Positions 31,460-41,104 of a stretch of DNA of 64,000 nucleotides are shown piece by piece. Within the stretch, counting starts at the first letter, position 1, and every line of letters starts with the position of its first letter. Source of the DNA: Escherichia coli (GTDB taxonomy: Bacteria > Pseudomonadota > Gammaproteobacteria > Enterobacterales > Enterobacteriaceae). The notes under the pieces are model-generated. The model was not told the origin of the DNA and made no database searches. It was given only the letters and a program-made list of their open reading frames with translations. The stretch is from assembly GCF_044324785.1 (NCBI RefSeq), contig NZ_CP172127.1, one strand, 5' to 3'. Both the position numbers and the translations under genes were made by a program.

Positions 31460-32927
31460 TACGCGCTTTAACGGTATTTTCCGTTGATGCCTGGGCCAGT
31501 ACTTTGTCGTATGCCGGATTGTTAAAGCGTGAAATATTCCCTGAATGCGTTGACGTTAACAACGTAAGGAAAGTGGAGGGTTCATTATAATCCCCTACCC
31601 ATGAGGCGCGGATAACATCAAAATTGCCGGTGTTACGGCTATCGATATAGGTTTTCCATTCCTGATTCTGCAATTTAACATCTACGCCAAGGTTCTTTTT
31701 CCACATCGATGCTACAGCAATCGCAATTTTTTGATGGTTTTCTGAAGTGTTATACAAAAGCGTCAGCTTCAGCGGTTTTTGCGGACCATAACCAGCTGCG
31801 CTCAACAAAGTTTTTGCCTGCGCATTCAGTTCTTCCTGACTCATTTGTTCAAACGGCGAAGGCTCCGGCGTAAAACCGGCAGTAACATCTGGTGTAAAAT
31901 GCCACGCTGGCTTTTCCCCCGTCCCCAACACTTTTTCGGTCATCAGGCGGCGATCTATCGTCATACTTAATGCCAGGCGAACACGCTGATCGGCCGTCGG
32001 CCCTTTTTGCGTGTTAAACGCATAATAATAGGTCCCGAGCTGCGGCGGCGTATAAACCTGCCCCGGAATATCCTTCAACAGCTTCTGATACATATTTTTC
32101 GGGAAGGATTCGGTGATATCAATATCCCCCGCGAGGTAACGCTTAGTGGCTGCGGATTCCTGATTAATTGGCAAGAAGGTCACTTTTTGCAGTACCGTTT
32201 TGGCGTTATCCCAATAATGGGTATTCGGTACCACGACCAGTTTTTCATTGACTACGCGCTCTTCAAGAACATAAGCGCCATTACCGATCAGTTTTCCGGG
32301 TTTCGTCCACTCTTTAATGCTTTCTACGTTGGCTTTTTGCACCGGGAAGAAGGCAAAGTTAGCGGTTAAATTCACAAACCACGGCAACGGTTTATCAAGC
32401 TGGATTTTCAAAGTATGGGCATCAACTGCGGTGACGCCAAGCTGGTCAGGCGTGGCTTTACCATCAATAATCGCCTGTGCGTTGTTGATTCCCGCCAGCG
32501 CGGCAAACCATGCAAATGGCGACAATGTTTTTGGGTCCACCAGACGTTGCCAGCTGTAGACAAAATCTTGCGCCGTTACCGGTGTGCCATCCGCCCATTT
32601 TGCGTTATCGCGCAAGGTAAATGTCCAGATACGGTTGTCATTACTTTTCCACTGAGTCGCAACGCCGGGGACAATCTCCCCTTTCTCGTTCTGATTCACC
32701 AGTCCTTCAAACAGATCGCGAATGACCTGAATCTCTGGCAGGCCCACGGCTTTAGCGGGATCCAGCGACGCAGGTTCATCTTTAATGTGGCGCACCAACT
32801 CCTGCTTCTCTGCCAGTACTGTGCCGCTCGGAACTTCTGCAGCATACGAAAGAGAAATGCTGCTGACCAACAGCGCACAACACGTGACTGAAACAGAGTG
32901 CTTCATAAGTTTCCCTCTAACCGACAT
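31460..32927 (-). pseudogene. mppA: mppA 5' portion, truncated by IS1; the fusion frame ends ...TVKARR*
   Basis: Sec signal MKHSVSVTCCALLVSSISLSYA followed by an SBP family-5 (OppA-like) body. The last codons and the stop come from the IS1 end and the TSD. Confidence 0.85.
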
Positions 32928-33242
32928 TAAAATTGATGCGTAATTATTTGTTTCGCCTTAAAGAAATGCAAACAACTTCCATCAAAAAAGTGACAAAGGA
33001 AGCATCAAATGTTTTAAGTATCAATATATCAAATCAGATTTAGCGTAAATAATAGTCTCCAAAATGCGGTAAAGCACATAGAACTCCGAACACTACGTTC
33101 GGGCTTCGCACGTTCAAACCCGTTTTCGGTATCATAATCAGCATCTGTCGCCATTGTGCGAAGAATAAAAAATGACCAAAACGTTGAAAGGAACTGAGAA
33201 TACGTTAAGAGAAGAATTAAATTAATGTATCAGCAAGTAGTG

Positions 33243-34142
33243 CTAAACAGCACCTTTATACTTCAGCCTATCTATAAATAATGAGAATGCCGAGCCAGCA
33301 TGTCGACGGTGTGGATAGTACAGGTGATAACCGGGTAAATCTGGTGTGAATTTATCCAAAACACGTATCAGTTTTTTTTCTTTAATAGCCCGCTCAACCT
33401 GATCATAAGGTAGATACGCCAACCCATGCCCATCAATTGCAGCATCAATGATCAGGTCTATCGTATTCAGTAAAAGCTGACCTTCCATGCGAACACGAAC
33501 TTCACGTCCACCGCGTATTAATCTCCAGCGATTTGCTGTACCCGATGTGGGAAGATACAAATTAATTGCCTGATGATCTATTAATTGTGACACTGACGTT
33601 GGAGCACTTCGACGAGAAAAATAATCCGGTGAGCCAACAATAGCCATTGGTATATCTGGCCCGATTCGAATGGCGATCATATCTTTATCCATCTCCCCAC
33701 CCAGACGGACGCCTGCATCAAAACGTTCAGAAACGACATCGGTCAAACCATAATCAATGGTAAGCTGGATATCAATTTCAGGATGCGATTTCAGGAATGT
33801 GCGCATAGCTGGTAACAATATCGTTTTTGCTGCATGTTCTACAGTAGTAATACGTATTGTCCCGGATGGGCGGTTCTGCAGATCGCTCAGGGATGTCAGG
33901 GCAGAATCTATGTCATGCAACATAGGGCCAAGAACAGACAAAAGATGCTCGCCCGCTTCAGTGGGTACAACGCTGCGCGTGGTTCGCGTCAGAAGCCGCA
34001 ATCCTAATCGTTCTTCTATACGGCGCACTATCTGGCTTAAAGCTGACTGCGCCATGCTCAGGCGGGCTGCTGCGCGAGTGAAGCTACGCTCCTCTGCAAC
34101 GACGACAAACGCCATCAGATCAGCGATTTCTTCACGCTTCAT
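33243..34142 (-). CDS. pgrR: LysR-family regulator PgrR (YcjZ), 299 aa
   Basis: 299-aa LTTR. Position between mppA and ycjY matches K-12 ycjZ. Confidence 0.8.
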   Translation of the reverse strand: MKREEIADLMAFVVVAEERSFTRAAARLSMAQSALSQIVRRIEERLGLRLLTRTTRSVVPTEAGEHLLSVLGPMLHDIDSALTSLSDLQNRPSGTIRITTVEHAAKTILLPAMRTFLKSHPEIDIQLTIDYGLTDVVSERFDAGVRLGGEMDKDMIAIRIGPDIPMAIVGSPDYFSRRSAPTSVSQLIDHQAINLYLPTSGTANRWRLIRGGREVRVRMEGQLLLNTIDLIIDAAIDGHGLAYLPYDQVERAIKEKKLIRVLDKFTPDLPGYHLYYPHRRHAGSAFSLFIDRLKYKGAV

Positions 34143-34279
34143 TCAGTATCTCCATACAATCTATTAATCATTTAAATGATAGGTCTAATCATGATTTTGG
34201 GTCTAATCAACTTAATGATCAATATCTATAGTGATATCACCAACCGTCAAAACGAACCGACAACTCCATGAGGAACGGA

Positions 34280-35200
34280 ATGATGAATAATAAAGTCAGC
34301 TTCACTAACAGCAATAATCCAACCATCTCTTTGTCTGCAGTGATCTATTTCCCTCCAAAATTTGATGAAACCCGTCAGTATCCGGCAATTGTGGTATCTC
34401 ACCCAGGTGGGGGCGTTAAAGAGCAAACGGCCGGAACCTATGCCGAAAAACTGGCGGAAAAGGGATTTGTCACTATTGCTTATGACGCATCTTATCAAGG
34501 TGAAAGCGGCGGCGAGCCGCGTCAGTTAGAAAACCCATACATTCGTACTGAAGACGTCAGTGCCGTGATTGATTACCTGACAACGCTTTCTTATGTCGAC
34601 AATACCCGAATTGGTGCGATGGGAATTTGTGCCGGTGCAGGATATACAGCCAATGCTGCAATTCAGGATCGCCGCATCAAGGCCATCGGTACTGTTAGTG
34701 CGGTCAATATTGGTTCGATGTTCCGTAATGGTTGGGAAAACAATGTGAAATCTATTGATGCCCTACCATACGTTGACGCGGGTTCAAACGCCCGAACCAG
34801 CGATATTAGCAGCGGAGAATACGCCACTATGCCACTGGCACCAATGAAGGAGTCCGATGCGCCGAACGAAGAACTGCGTCAGGCCTGGGAGTATTACCAC
34901 ACCCCTCGCGCGCAGTATCCAACAGCACCGGGTTACGCTACTTTGCGCAGCCTTAACCAGATTATTACCTATGATGCTTACCATATGGCGGAAGTGTACC
35001 TGACTCAGCCGATACAGATTGTGGCGGGCAGCCAGGCAGGGAGCAAATGGATGAGTGACGACCTGTACGATCGAGCATCAAGCCAGGATAAACGCTATCA
35101 CATTGTTGAAGGCGCAAACCATATGGATCTTTATGACGGCAAAGCCTATGTGGCTGAAGCAATTTCAGTATTAGCTCCGTTCTTTGAGGAAACTCTGTAA
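34280..35200 (+). CDS. ycjY: YcjY, alpha/beta-hydrolase (dienelactone hydrolase / S9-like), about 306 aa
   Basis: Nucleophile elbow GICAGAGY. Divergent from pgrR. Confidence 0.8.
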   Translation: MMNNKVSFTNSNNPTISLSAVIYFPPKFDETRQYPAIVVSHPGGGVKEQTAGTYAEKLAEKGFVTIAYDASYQGESGGEPRQLENPYIRTEDVSAVIDYLTTLSYVDNTRIGAMGICAGAGYTANAAIQDRRIKAIGTVSAVNIGSMFRNGWENNVKSIDALPYVDAGSNARTSDISSGEYATMPLAPMKESDAPNEELRQAWEYYHTPRAQYPTAPGYATLRSLNQIITYDAYHMAEVYLTQPIQIVAGSQAGSKWMSDDLYDRASSQDKRYHIVEGANHMDLYDGKAYVAEAISVLAPFFEETL

Positions 35201-36132
35201 TGAAACATATTCAAATCCGCAATAGTGATATGGCCTGGCATATTGCTGCCAATATTCAGTTTCCACCAAATTTTGATGAGTCAAAACAGTATCCGGCGAT
35301 TATCAGCGTCCATCCTTTTGGCAGTTGTAAGGAGCAGACGTCTGGCAATATCTATGGCAAGGCATTGGCTGAAAAAGGCTATGTCGTTCTCGCTTATGAC
35401 GCCAGTTTCCAGGGAGAATCTGGTGGGGAGCCTCGTTGGATAGAAGATCCGACACAGCGCGTTGAGGATATTAGCCGTGTTATCGATTATGCAGTAACTC
35501 TGCCATATGTTGATGCTGAACGCATTGGCGTGCTGGGTGTGTGTGGGGGGGGTGGCTATGCCATTAATGCCGCGCTGACAGAAAAACGAATTAAAGCTGT
35601 AGTGAGTATTACGGGTGTTAATATCGGGCGTCTTTTTCGAGAAGGTTTCAGCAATTACGATCCGATTGGCGCATTGAATGCAATGGCGTCGCAACGAACC
35701 AAAGAGGCTCGTGGTGGAGAATTACAGATCAACGAATTACTTCCCGCCAGCCTGGATGCAGCAAAAGCCCATGGACTGACCGAACGCGATGTTTATGAAG
35801 CAACTGACTACTATAAAACACCACGCGGGCAACAACCGGGAGGTGCGACAAAAATGTTGTTCTCACATGCACAGAAAACGCTGGCCTGGGATGCCTTCGC
35901 ATTTACTGAAGTGTTACTGACTCAGCCGGTGATGGTAGTAGTTGGTGAAAAAGTCGGTGCCTTCGGTGCTTATCGTGATGGACTGGAAGTCTATGGCCGG
36001 GCGATGGTTTCGCAGGATCGTCAGTTAGTTTCGTTACCCGATTTCTCACATTATGAACTGTATGACAAACCGGAAGCAGTTCAGGAGGCGCTGGAAAAAG
36101 TTATTCCTTTTTTCAACACCCATCTGGGATAA
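35200..36132 (+). CDS. ymjD: Intact paralogue of YcjY (alpha/beta-hydrolase), 310 aa; a pseudogene fragment in K-12
   Basis: The 310-aa paralogue shares QYPAI..SVHP..GG.KEQT..IAYDAS.QGESGGEPR with YcjY. Its start overlaps the ycjY stop (ATGA). Confidence 0.6.
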   Translation: MKHIQIRNSDMAWHIAANIQFPPNFDESKQYPAIISVHPFGSCKEQTSGNIYGKALAEKGYVVLAYDASFQGESGGEPRWIEDPTQRVEDISRVIDYAVTLPYVDAERIGVLGVCGGGGYAINAALTEKRIKAVVSITGVNIGRLFREGFSNYDPIGALNAMASQRTKEARGGELQINELLPASLDAAKAHGLTERDVYEATDYYKTPRGQQPGGATKMLFSHAQKTLAWDAFAFTEVLLTQPVMVVVGEKVGAFGAYRDGLEVYGRAMVSQDRQLVSLPDFSHYELYDKPEAVQEALEKVIPFFNTHLG

Positions 36133-36149
36133 GTTTCATGAGAAATATT

Positions 36150-36788
36150 ATGAAAAAAGTACTCATTCTTGGTGCTGGCGGTCAGATAGCCCGCCATGTG
36201 ATTAATCAACTGGCAGATAAACAAACCATTAAACAAACTTTATTTGCTCGTCAGCCAGCAAAAATACACAAACCCTATCCAACTAATAGCCAGATTATTA
36301 TGGGGGATGTACTGAATCATGCAGCACTGAAGCAGGCCATGCAGGGACAGGATGTTGTGTATGCCAACCTTACGGGGGAAGATTTAGATATTCAGGCAAA
36401 TTCAGTGATCGCTGCGATGAAAGCCTGTGATGTTAAACGTCTGATCTTTGTTCTTTCCCTCGGTATTTATGATGAAGTTCCAGGAAAATTTGGCGAATGG
36501 AATAATGCAGTTATTGGTGAACCCCTAAAACCATTCCGCAGGGCTGCGGATGCAATTGAGGCTTCTGGACTGGAATATACAATTCTTCGCCCTGCCTGGC
36601 TGACTGATGAAGATATTATTGATTATGAGCTTACCTCACGCAATGAACCATTCAAAGGTACGATCGTATCACGTAAGAGTGTCGCCGCATTAATTACAGA
36701 TATCATCGATAAACCTGAGAAACACATTGGTGAGAATATAGGCATCAATCAACCCGGGACTGATGGCGATAAACCCTTCTTCATGTAA
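36150..36788 (+). CDS. ymjC: NAD(P)-binding NmrA/SDR-like protein, about 212 aa; a pseudogene fragment in K-12
   Basis: Rossmann motif ILGAGGQIARHV at the N-terminus. Confidence 0.6.
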   Translation: MKKVLILGAGGQIARHVINQLADKQTIKQTLFARQPAKIHKPYPTNSQIIMGDVLNHAALKQAMQGQDVVYANLTGEDLDIQANSVIAAMKACDVKRLIFVLSLGIYDEVPGKFGEWNNAVIGEPLKPFRRAADAIEASGLEYTILRPAWLTDEDIIDYELTSRNEPFKGTIVSRKSVAALITDIIDKPEKHIGENIGINQPGTDGDKPFFM

Positions 36789-36806
36789 ATCAATTATATA
36801 GCTACC

Positions 36807-36838
36807 ATCGTACTGTACTATGTGCAGTACGATTTATT
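36807..36838 (+). terminator. Putative intrinsic terminator after the ycjY-ymjD-ymjC unit
   Basis: ATCGTACTG-tactatgtg-CAGTACGAT followed by TTATT. Confidence 0.5.
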
Positions 36839-37078
36839 AAACTTATTAAGGTGAACTGATCAATCAGATGCGATTAACATGTGTAGAACCAGTAAGAATA
36901 AAATACGCCATGTATATAACATTACGACAATTCTAATATCTGCACATCAATGAAAATGCAAACAACTTCTGGCAAAAAAGTGATACAAGATCGATGACAT
37001 AGCGTTGAAGAAAAGGATTTGATAATCCGCAAAATTTGCACAACACTGCCTGTAATACTTCCTGAACCAGAGACGATC

Positions 37079-37807
37079 ATGACCGTAACCCGCCCACGCG
37101 CCGAACGCGGCGCATTTCCGCCCGGAACAGAACATTACGGACGTTCATTATTGGGCGCGCCGTTAATCTGGTTTCCTGCCCCTGCAGCCAGCCGCGAAAG
37201 TGGTTTGATTCTGGCTGGCACTCACGGTGATGAAAACTCTTCGGTCGTCACGCTCTCCTGTGCTCTGCGGACGTTGACACCTTCTTTGCGCCGTCATCAT
37301 GTGGTGCTGTGTGTAAATCCTGACGGCTGCCAGTTGGGGTTACGGGCCAATGCTAATGGTGTGGATTTAAACAGAAACTTTCCGGCGGCGAACTGGAAGG
37401 AAGGTGAAACCGTTTATCGCTGGAACAGCGCCGCTGAAGAACGTGATGTCGTTTTACTGACAGGTGACAAACCTGGCTCCGAACCTGAAACCCAGGCGCT
37501 GTGCCAGCTTATACACCGCATTCAACCTGCCTGGGTGGTCTCATTCCACGATCCACTGGCCTGTATTGAAGATCCCAGACACAGCGAATTAGGCGAATGG
37601 CTAGCCCAGGCGTTTGAATTGCCTCTGGTAACCAGCGTCGGTTATGAAACACCTGGCTCTTTCGGTAGTTGGTGTGCGGATCTCAACCTGCATTGCATAA
37701 CCGCAGAGTTTCCGCCCATCTCCTCCGACGAAGCCAGCGAAAAATATCTCTTTGCGATGGCAAACTTGCTGCGCTGGCATCCTAAAGATGCAATTCGCCC
37801 GTTGTGA
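37079..37807 (+). CDS. mpaA: Murein peptide amidase A (gamma-D-Glu-Dap amidase, M14 family), about 242 aa
   Basis: MTVTRPRAERGAFPPGTEHYGRSLLGAPLIWFPAP... contains HGDE, the zinc carboxypeptidase motif. Confidence 0.85.
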   Translation: MTVTRPRAERGAFPPGTEHYGRSLLGAPLIWFPAPAASRESGLILAGTHGDENSSVVTLSCALRTLTPSLRRHHVVLCVNPDGCQLGLRANANGVDLNRNFPAANWKEGETVYRWNSAAEERDVVLLTGDKPGSEPETQALCQLIHRIQPAWVVSFHDPLACIEDPRHSELGEWLAQAFELPLVTSVGYETPGSFGSWCADLNLHCITAEFPPISSDEASEKYLFAMANLLRWHPKDAIRPL

Positions 37808-38747
37808 ACTGAAGCGCCGGTTCCACATCTACCGCCAGCCAGGTCGGTCCGTCAAGATCGGCGAAACTGACCTGCGGCACCAGCGGTAAAGCGGCGCTAA
37901 TGGCACGAGAGGTACACAACATGCAGCCCAGCATCAGACTAAAACCTTGTGCACGTGCTTCAGTCGCCAGCGCCAGCGCTTCCGTCAGGCCACCCGTTTT
38001 ATCGAGCTTAATGTTAACCATCTCATAGCGCCCTTTCAGCGCCTTCAGATTGCTACGAGTATGACAACTTTCATCTGCACAAATCGGTAACGGATGAATA
38101 AAATTCTCCAGTGCCGCATCGTCCTGCGCAGGGAGCGGTTGTTCAAGCATCGCAACGCCTAAATCCGCCAATAGCTGGCAACGCGCCGCCAACCCTTCTG
38201 CACGCCAGGATTCATTTGCGTCAACGATCAGCGTCGCATCGGGCACAGCTGTGCGAATTGCCACCATCCGCTCACTGATAAGATGGTTATCCAGCTTCAC
38301 TTTCAGTAATTTCGCGCCTGCCTGCCAGAATGTTGATGCACTATTGGCCATCTGATCAGGCGTACCGATGACTACCGTCTGTGCAGTGGTGACTATCTCG
38401 GGAAGCGTTACGCCGATCAAATCAGCCAGCGATTGCTGCTGTTTTCGCGCCGCCAGATCCCACAATGCACAATCCAGCGCATTACGTGCTGCGCCGGCAG
38501 GGAGAATTTTTTGCAACTCCTCCCGTGTCAGCCCTTTCTCTAATTGCGGCACGACGCTCATAATTTGCGCCATTACCGAGGCATCACTTTCTCCATAGCG
38601 CGGATAGGGCGTGCATTCACCGGTGCCTTTAATACCCTCTTCTTCCAGTTCAACCACCACCACGCGCGCTTCACTGCGACTTCCCCGAGCAATCACAAAC
38701 GGGGTATGTAAGGGCCAGGCTTCCTCAAATACCTTAACGGTTCTCAT
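37782..38747 (-). CDS. ycjG: L-Ala-D/L-Glu epimerase YcjG (enolase superfamily), about 321 aa
   Basis: MRTVKVFEEAWPLHTPFVIARGSRSEARVVVVELEEEGIKGTGE... The 3' end overlaps mpaA convergently. Confidence 0.85.
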   Translation of the reverse strand: MRTVKVFEEAWPLHTPFVIARGSRSEARVVVVELEEEGIKGTGECTPYPRYGESDASVMAQIMSVVPQLEKGLTREELQKILPAGAARNALDCALWDLAARKQQQSLADLIGVTLPEIVTTAQTVVIGTPDQMANSASTFWQAGAKLLKVKLDNHLISERMVAIRTAVPDATLIVDANESWRAEGLAARCQLLADLGVAMLEQPLPAQDDAALENFIHPLPICADESCHTRSNLKALKGRYEMVNIKLDKTGGLTEALALATEARAQGFSLMLGCMLCTSRAISAALPLVPQVSFADLDGPTWLAVDVEPALQFTTGELHL

Positions 38748-38865
38748 CTTTACTCCTTGTTGTCGCAGTGGTCTGCGGATTAAGCGCAAATAGCGTTTGC
38801 TGTGTTATTGACAGTTAGCATAAACTAGGTGTGACGTTAACTATATGTAAACAGGAAAGATAATC

Positions 38866-39372
38866 ATGTCACAAACCGTTCATTTCCAGGGCAACCCGGT
38901 TACAGTCGCCAATTCCATCCCGCAGGCGGGTAGCAAAGCGCAGACTTTTACTCTCGTGGCAAAAGATCTGTCTGACGTCACCCTCGGTCAGTTTGCGGGT
39001 AAACGCAAAGTGCTGAACATTTTCCCGAGTATTGATACCGGTGTTTGCGCCGCATCAGTACGTAAGTTTAACCAACTGGCAACAGAGATCGACAACACCG
39101 TTGTGCTGTGTATCTCTGCCGATCTGCCGTTCGCCCAGTCTCGTTTCTGCGGCGCAGAAGGTCTGAACAACGTTATCACCCTCTCCACTTTCCGTAACGC
39201 TGAGTTCCTGCAAGCTTACGGTGTGGCAATTGCTGATGGCCCACTGAAAGGTCTGGCAGCGCGTGCCGTTGTGGTTATTGATGAAAATGACAATGTGATT
39301 TTCAGCCAGCTGGTGGATGAAATCACCACCGAGCCGGATTACGAAGCAGCTCTGGCTGTACTGAAAGCATAA
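38866..39372 (+). CDS. tpx: Thiol peroxidase Tpx, 168 aa
   Basis: [35 protein letters not shown]... with peroxidatic Cys in IDTGVC. Confidence 0.95.
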   Translation: MSQTVHFQGNPVTVANSIPQAGSKAQTFTLVAKDLSDVTLGQFAGKRKVLNIFPSIDTGVCAASVRKFNQLATEIDNTVVLCISADLPFAQSRFCGAEGLNNVITLSTFRNAEFLQAYGVAIADGPLKGLAARAVVVIDENDNVIFSQLVDEITTEPDYEAALAVLKA

Positions 39373-39375
39373 GTT

Positions 39376-39410
39376 AATATGCCTGATGGTGTTGCACCAT
39401 CAGGCATATT
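39376..39410. terminator. Bidirectional terminator between tpx (+) and tyrR (-)
   Basis: Perfect 15-bp stem AATATGCCTGATGGTG-ttgc-CACCATCAGGCATATT between convergent genes. Confidence 0.7.
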
Positions 39411-39415
39411 CGCGC

Positions 39416-40957
39416 TTACTCTTCGTTCTTCTTCTGACTCAGACCGTATTCCCGCAACTTATTGGCAATCGCGGTATGCGAAACGCCCAGGCGTTTTGCC
39501 AGTTTGCGCGTGCTGGGATAATTGCGATAAAGCTGGGTTAATACCGAGCGTTCAAAACGGCTGGTGATTTCGTCCAGCGAACCTTCCATCGCATCTTCGC
39601 CCACGGCTACCGTTGCGGCGTCATAATCCGGTAACAAAATATCCTGTGGACGCAGCTCATAACCGTCCAGTTGTGTTAGTGCGCGATAAATAGCGTTCTT
39701 TAACTGCCGCACATTTCCCGGCCACGCATAACGCGTAAGTACAGTATTCAGGTCAGCGGCCAGTTTCGGACGCGGCACGCCCTGCTCGTCGGCAAAGCGG
39801 GCGACGAACAGCTCGGTTAACGGCATGATGTCCTGCGGACAGTCACGTAGCGGCGGCAGATTGAGCGTCAACACGTTCAGACGATAATAGAGATCTTCAC
39901 GGAACACGCCTTTTTGCACCAGTTCGACAAGATTCTTCTGCGTCGCGCAAATCACCCGCACATCGACATGCACCTCATGGTCTTCGCCAACCCGACGGAA
40001 AGTGCCATCATTAAGGAAACGCAGTAATTTCGCCTGCATCCGTGGTGACATCTCACCTATTTCATCCAGCAGTACCGAACCACCGTTCGCCTGCTCAAAG
40101 AACCCTTTCTTCCCTTCCGGAGCATGACCAAACAGTTCACTCTCGACCGCATCTTCCGGGATAGAAGCACAGTTCAGCGCCAGATAGGGTTTGCCCGCGC
40201 GTGGGCTTGCCTGATGACAGGCATACGCAAAGAGATCTTTTCCGGTGCCGGTATCACCCGTAATCAGCAGCGGCGCGCTTAGCATCGCCAGTTTTTGCGC
40301 CTGTTCGACAACATGCTTCATTTTCGGGCTGACAGCGACAATTTGACTAAAGGCGCTGACGTCCTGGGCGGCGACATTTTGCAACTGACGGCCCATACGA
40401 ATCGTTGATCGCAACATCACCACCGCACCGGTCAGGACGTGTTGATCATTTTCATCCTGAAGATAAACAGGCGTAATCTCCATCAGGAAATTCTGCCCAT
40501 TAATAACGACATGCTCGTTATGCGAATCTTGCGGTTCGCTTTCCAGCCAACGTAAAAAATTAAAGCCGTTAATCAATTGTGCGGCGGTATGGTTGCGCAG
40601 GCGATCCAATTTTTGCCCAAAAAGCTGACAGCTCGCCGGGTTCGCCATATCCACTTTGCTTTTCATATCGACAGAGAGCACAGGTTCAGGCAACGCCTCC
40701 AGTAACGCGCTCAACGCCAGATGCTCACGTTCGGAAGGCATCCACGGGACAGTACGGACATCGGTAACACCTGCAATACGGCGTATTTCGGCCATCAGAC
40801 TGCTGAAACTCTCAAACTCCAGTTCAGCAAAATTGAGGTAGATTCGCCCAATGGGGTCAATCTCAATACCGCGTAAATCAATGCCTCTTAGCACGAGTAG
40901 ATCGAGTAATTCGCGGGTCAGACCGAGTCGGTCTTCACAAAAGACTTCCAGACGCAT
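39416..40957 (-). CDS. tyrR: TyrR, aromatic amino acid regulon regulator (sigma54-activator-like AAA+ with C-terminal HTH), 513 aa
   Basis: MRLEVFCEDRLGLTRELLDLLV... has ACT/PAS, a GDTGTGKD Walker A and a C-terminal HTH. Confidence 0.95.
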   Translation of the reverse strand: MRLEVFCEDRLGLTRELLDLLVLRGIDLRGIEIDPIGRIYLNFAELEFESFSSLMAEIRRIAGVTDVRTVPWMPSEREHLALSALLEALPEPVLSVDMKSKVDMANPASCQLFGQKLDRLRNHTAAQLINGFNFLRWLESEPQDSHNEHVVINGQNFLMEITPVYLQDENDQHVLTGAVVMLRSTIRMGRQLQNVAAQDVSAFSQIVAVSPKMKHVVEQAQKLAMLSAPLLITGDTGTGKDLFAYACHQASPRAGKPYLALNCASIPEDAVESELFGHAPEGKKGFFEQANGGSVLLDEIGEMSPRMQAKLLRFLNDGTFRRVGEDHEVHVDVRVICATQKNLVELVQKGVFREDLYYRLNVLTLNLPPLRDCPQDIMPLTELFVARFADEQGVPRPKLAADLNTVLTRYAWPGNVRQLKNAIYRALTQLDGYELRPQDILLPDYDAATVAVGEDAMEGSLDEITSRFERSVLTQLYRNYPSTRKLAKRLGVSHTAIANKLREYGLSQKKNEE

Positions 40958-41027
40958 GGGAACCTTCACCTGAAAAAAGAACAATTAATATGATGATATG
41001 ACACTATTTGGATAGCAGGAAGGTTTC

Positions 41028-41045
41028 TGTCAACAATCATTGACA
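41028..41045. promoter_or_regulatory. TyrR box (TGTCAA-N6-TTGACA) in tyrR's own promoter
   Basis: Palindrome TGTCAACAATCATTGACA matches the TyrR-box consensus TGTAAA-N6-TTTACA in the autoregulated tyrR promoter. Confidence 0.7.
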
Positions 41046-41104
41046 CAAAGACGGAAAAACGGGCACTTCGGCGTAAAGATATCCGGTCAGCACCCGATAT
41101 TGCA

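Noticed and set aside
33080-33170. Hairpin CCGAAC-actac-GTTCGG and surrounding sequence between pgrR and mppA, considered as a possible sRNA or terminator
   Set aside because: No U-tract on either strand, no promoter-like elements, and no recognisable sRNA sequence. Most likely just the pgrR 3' UTR.
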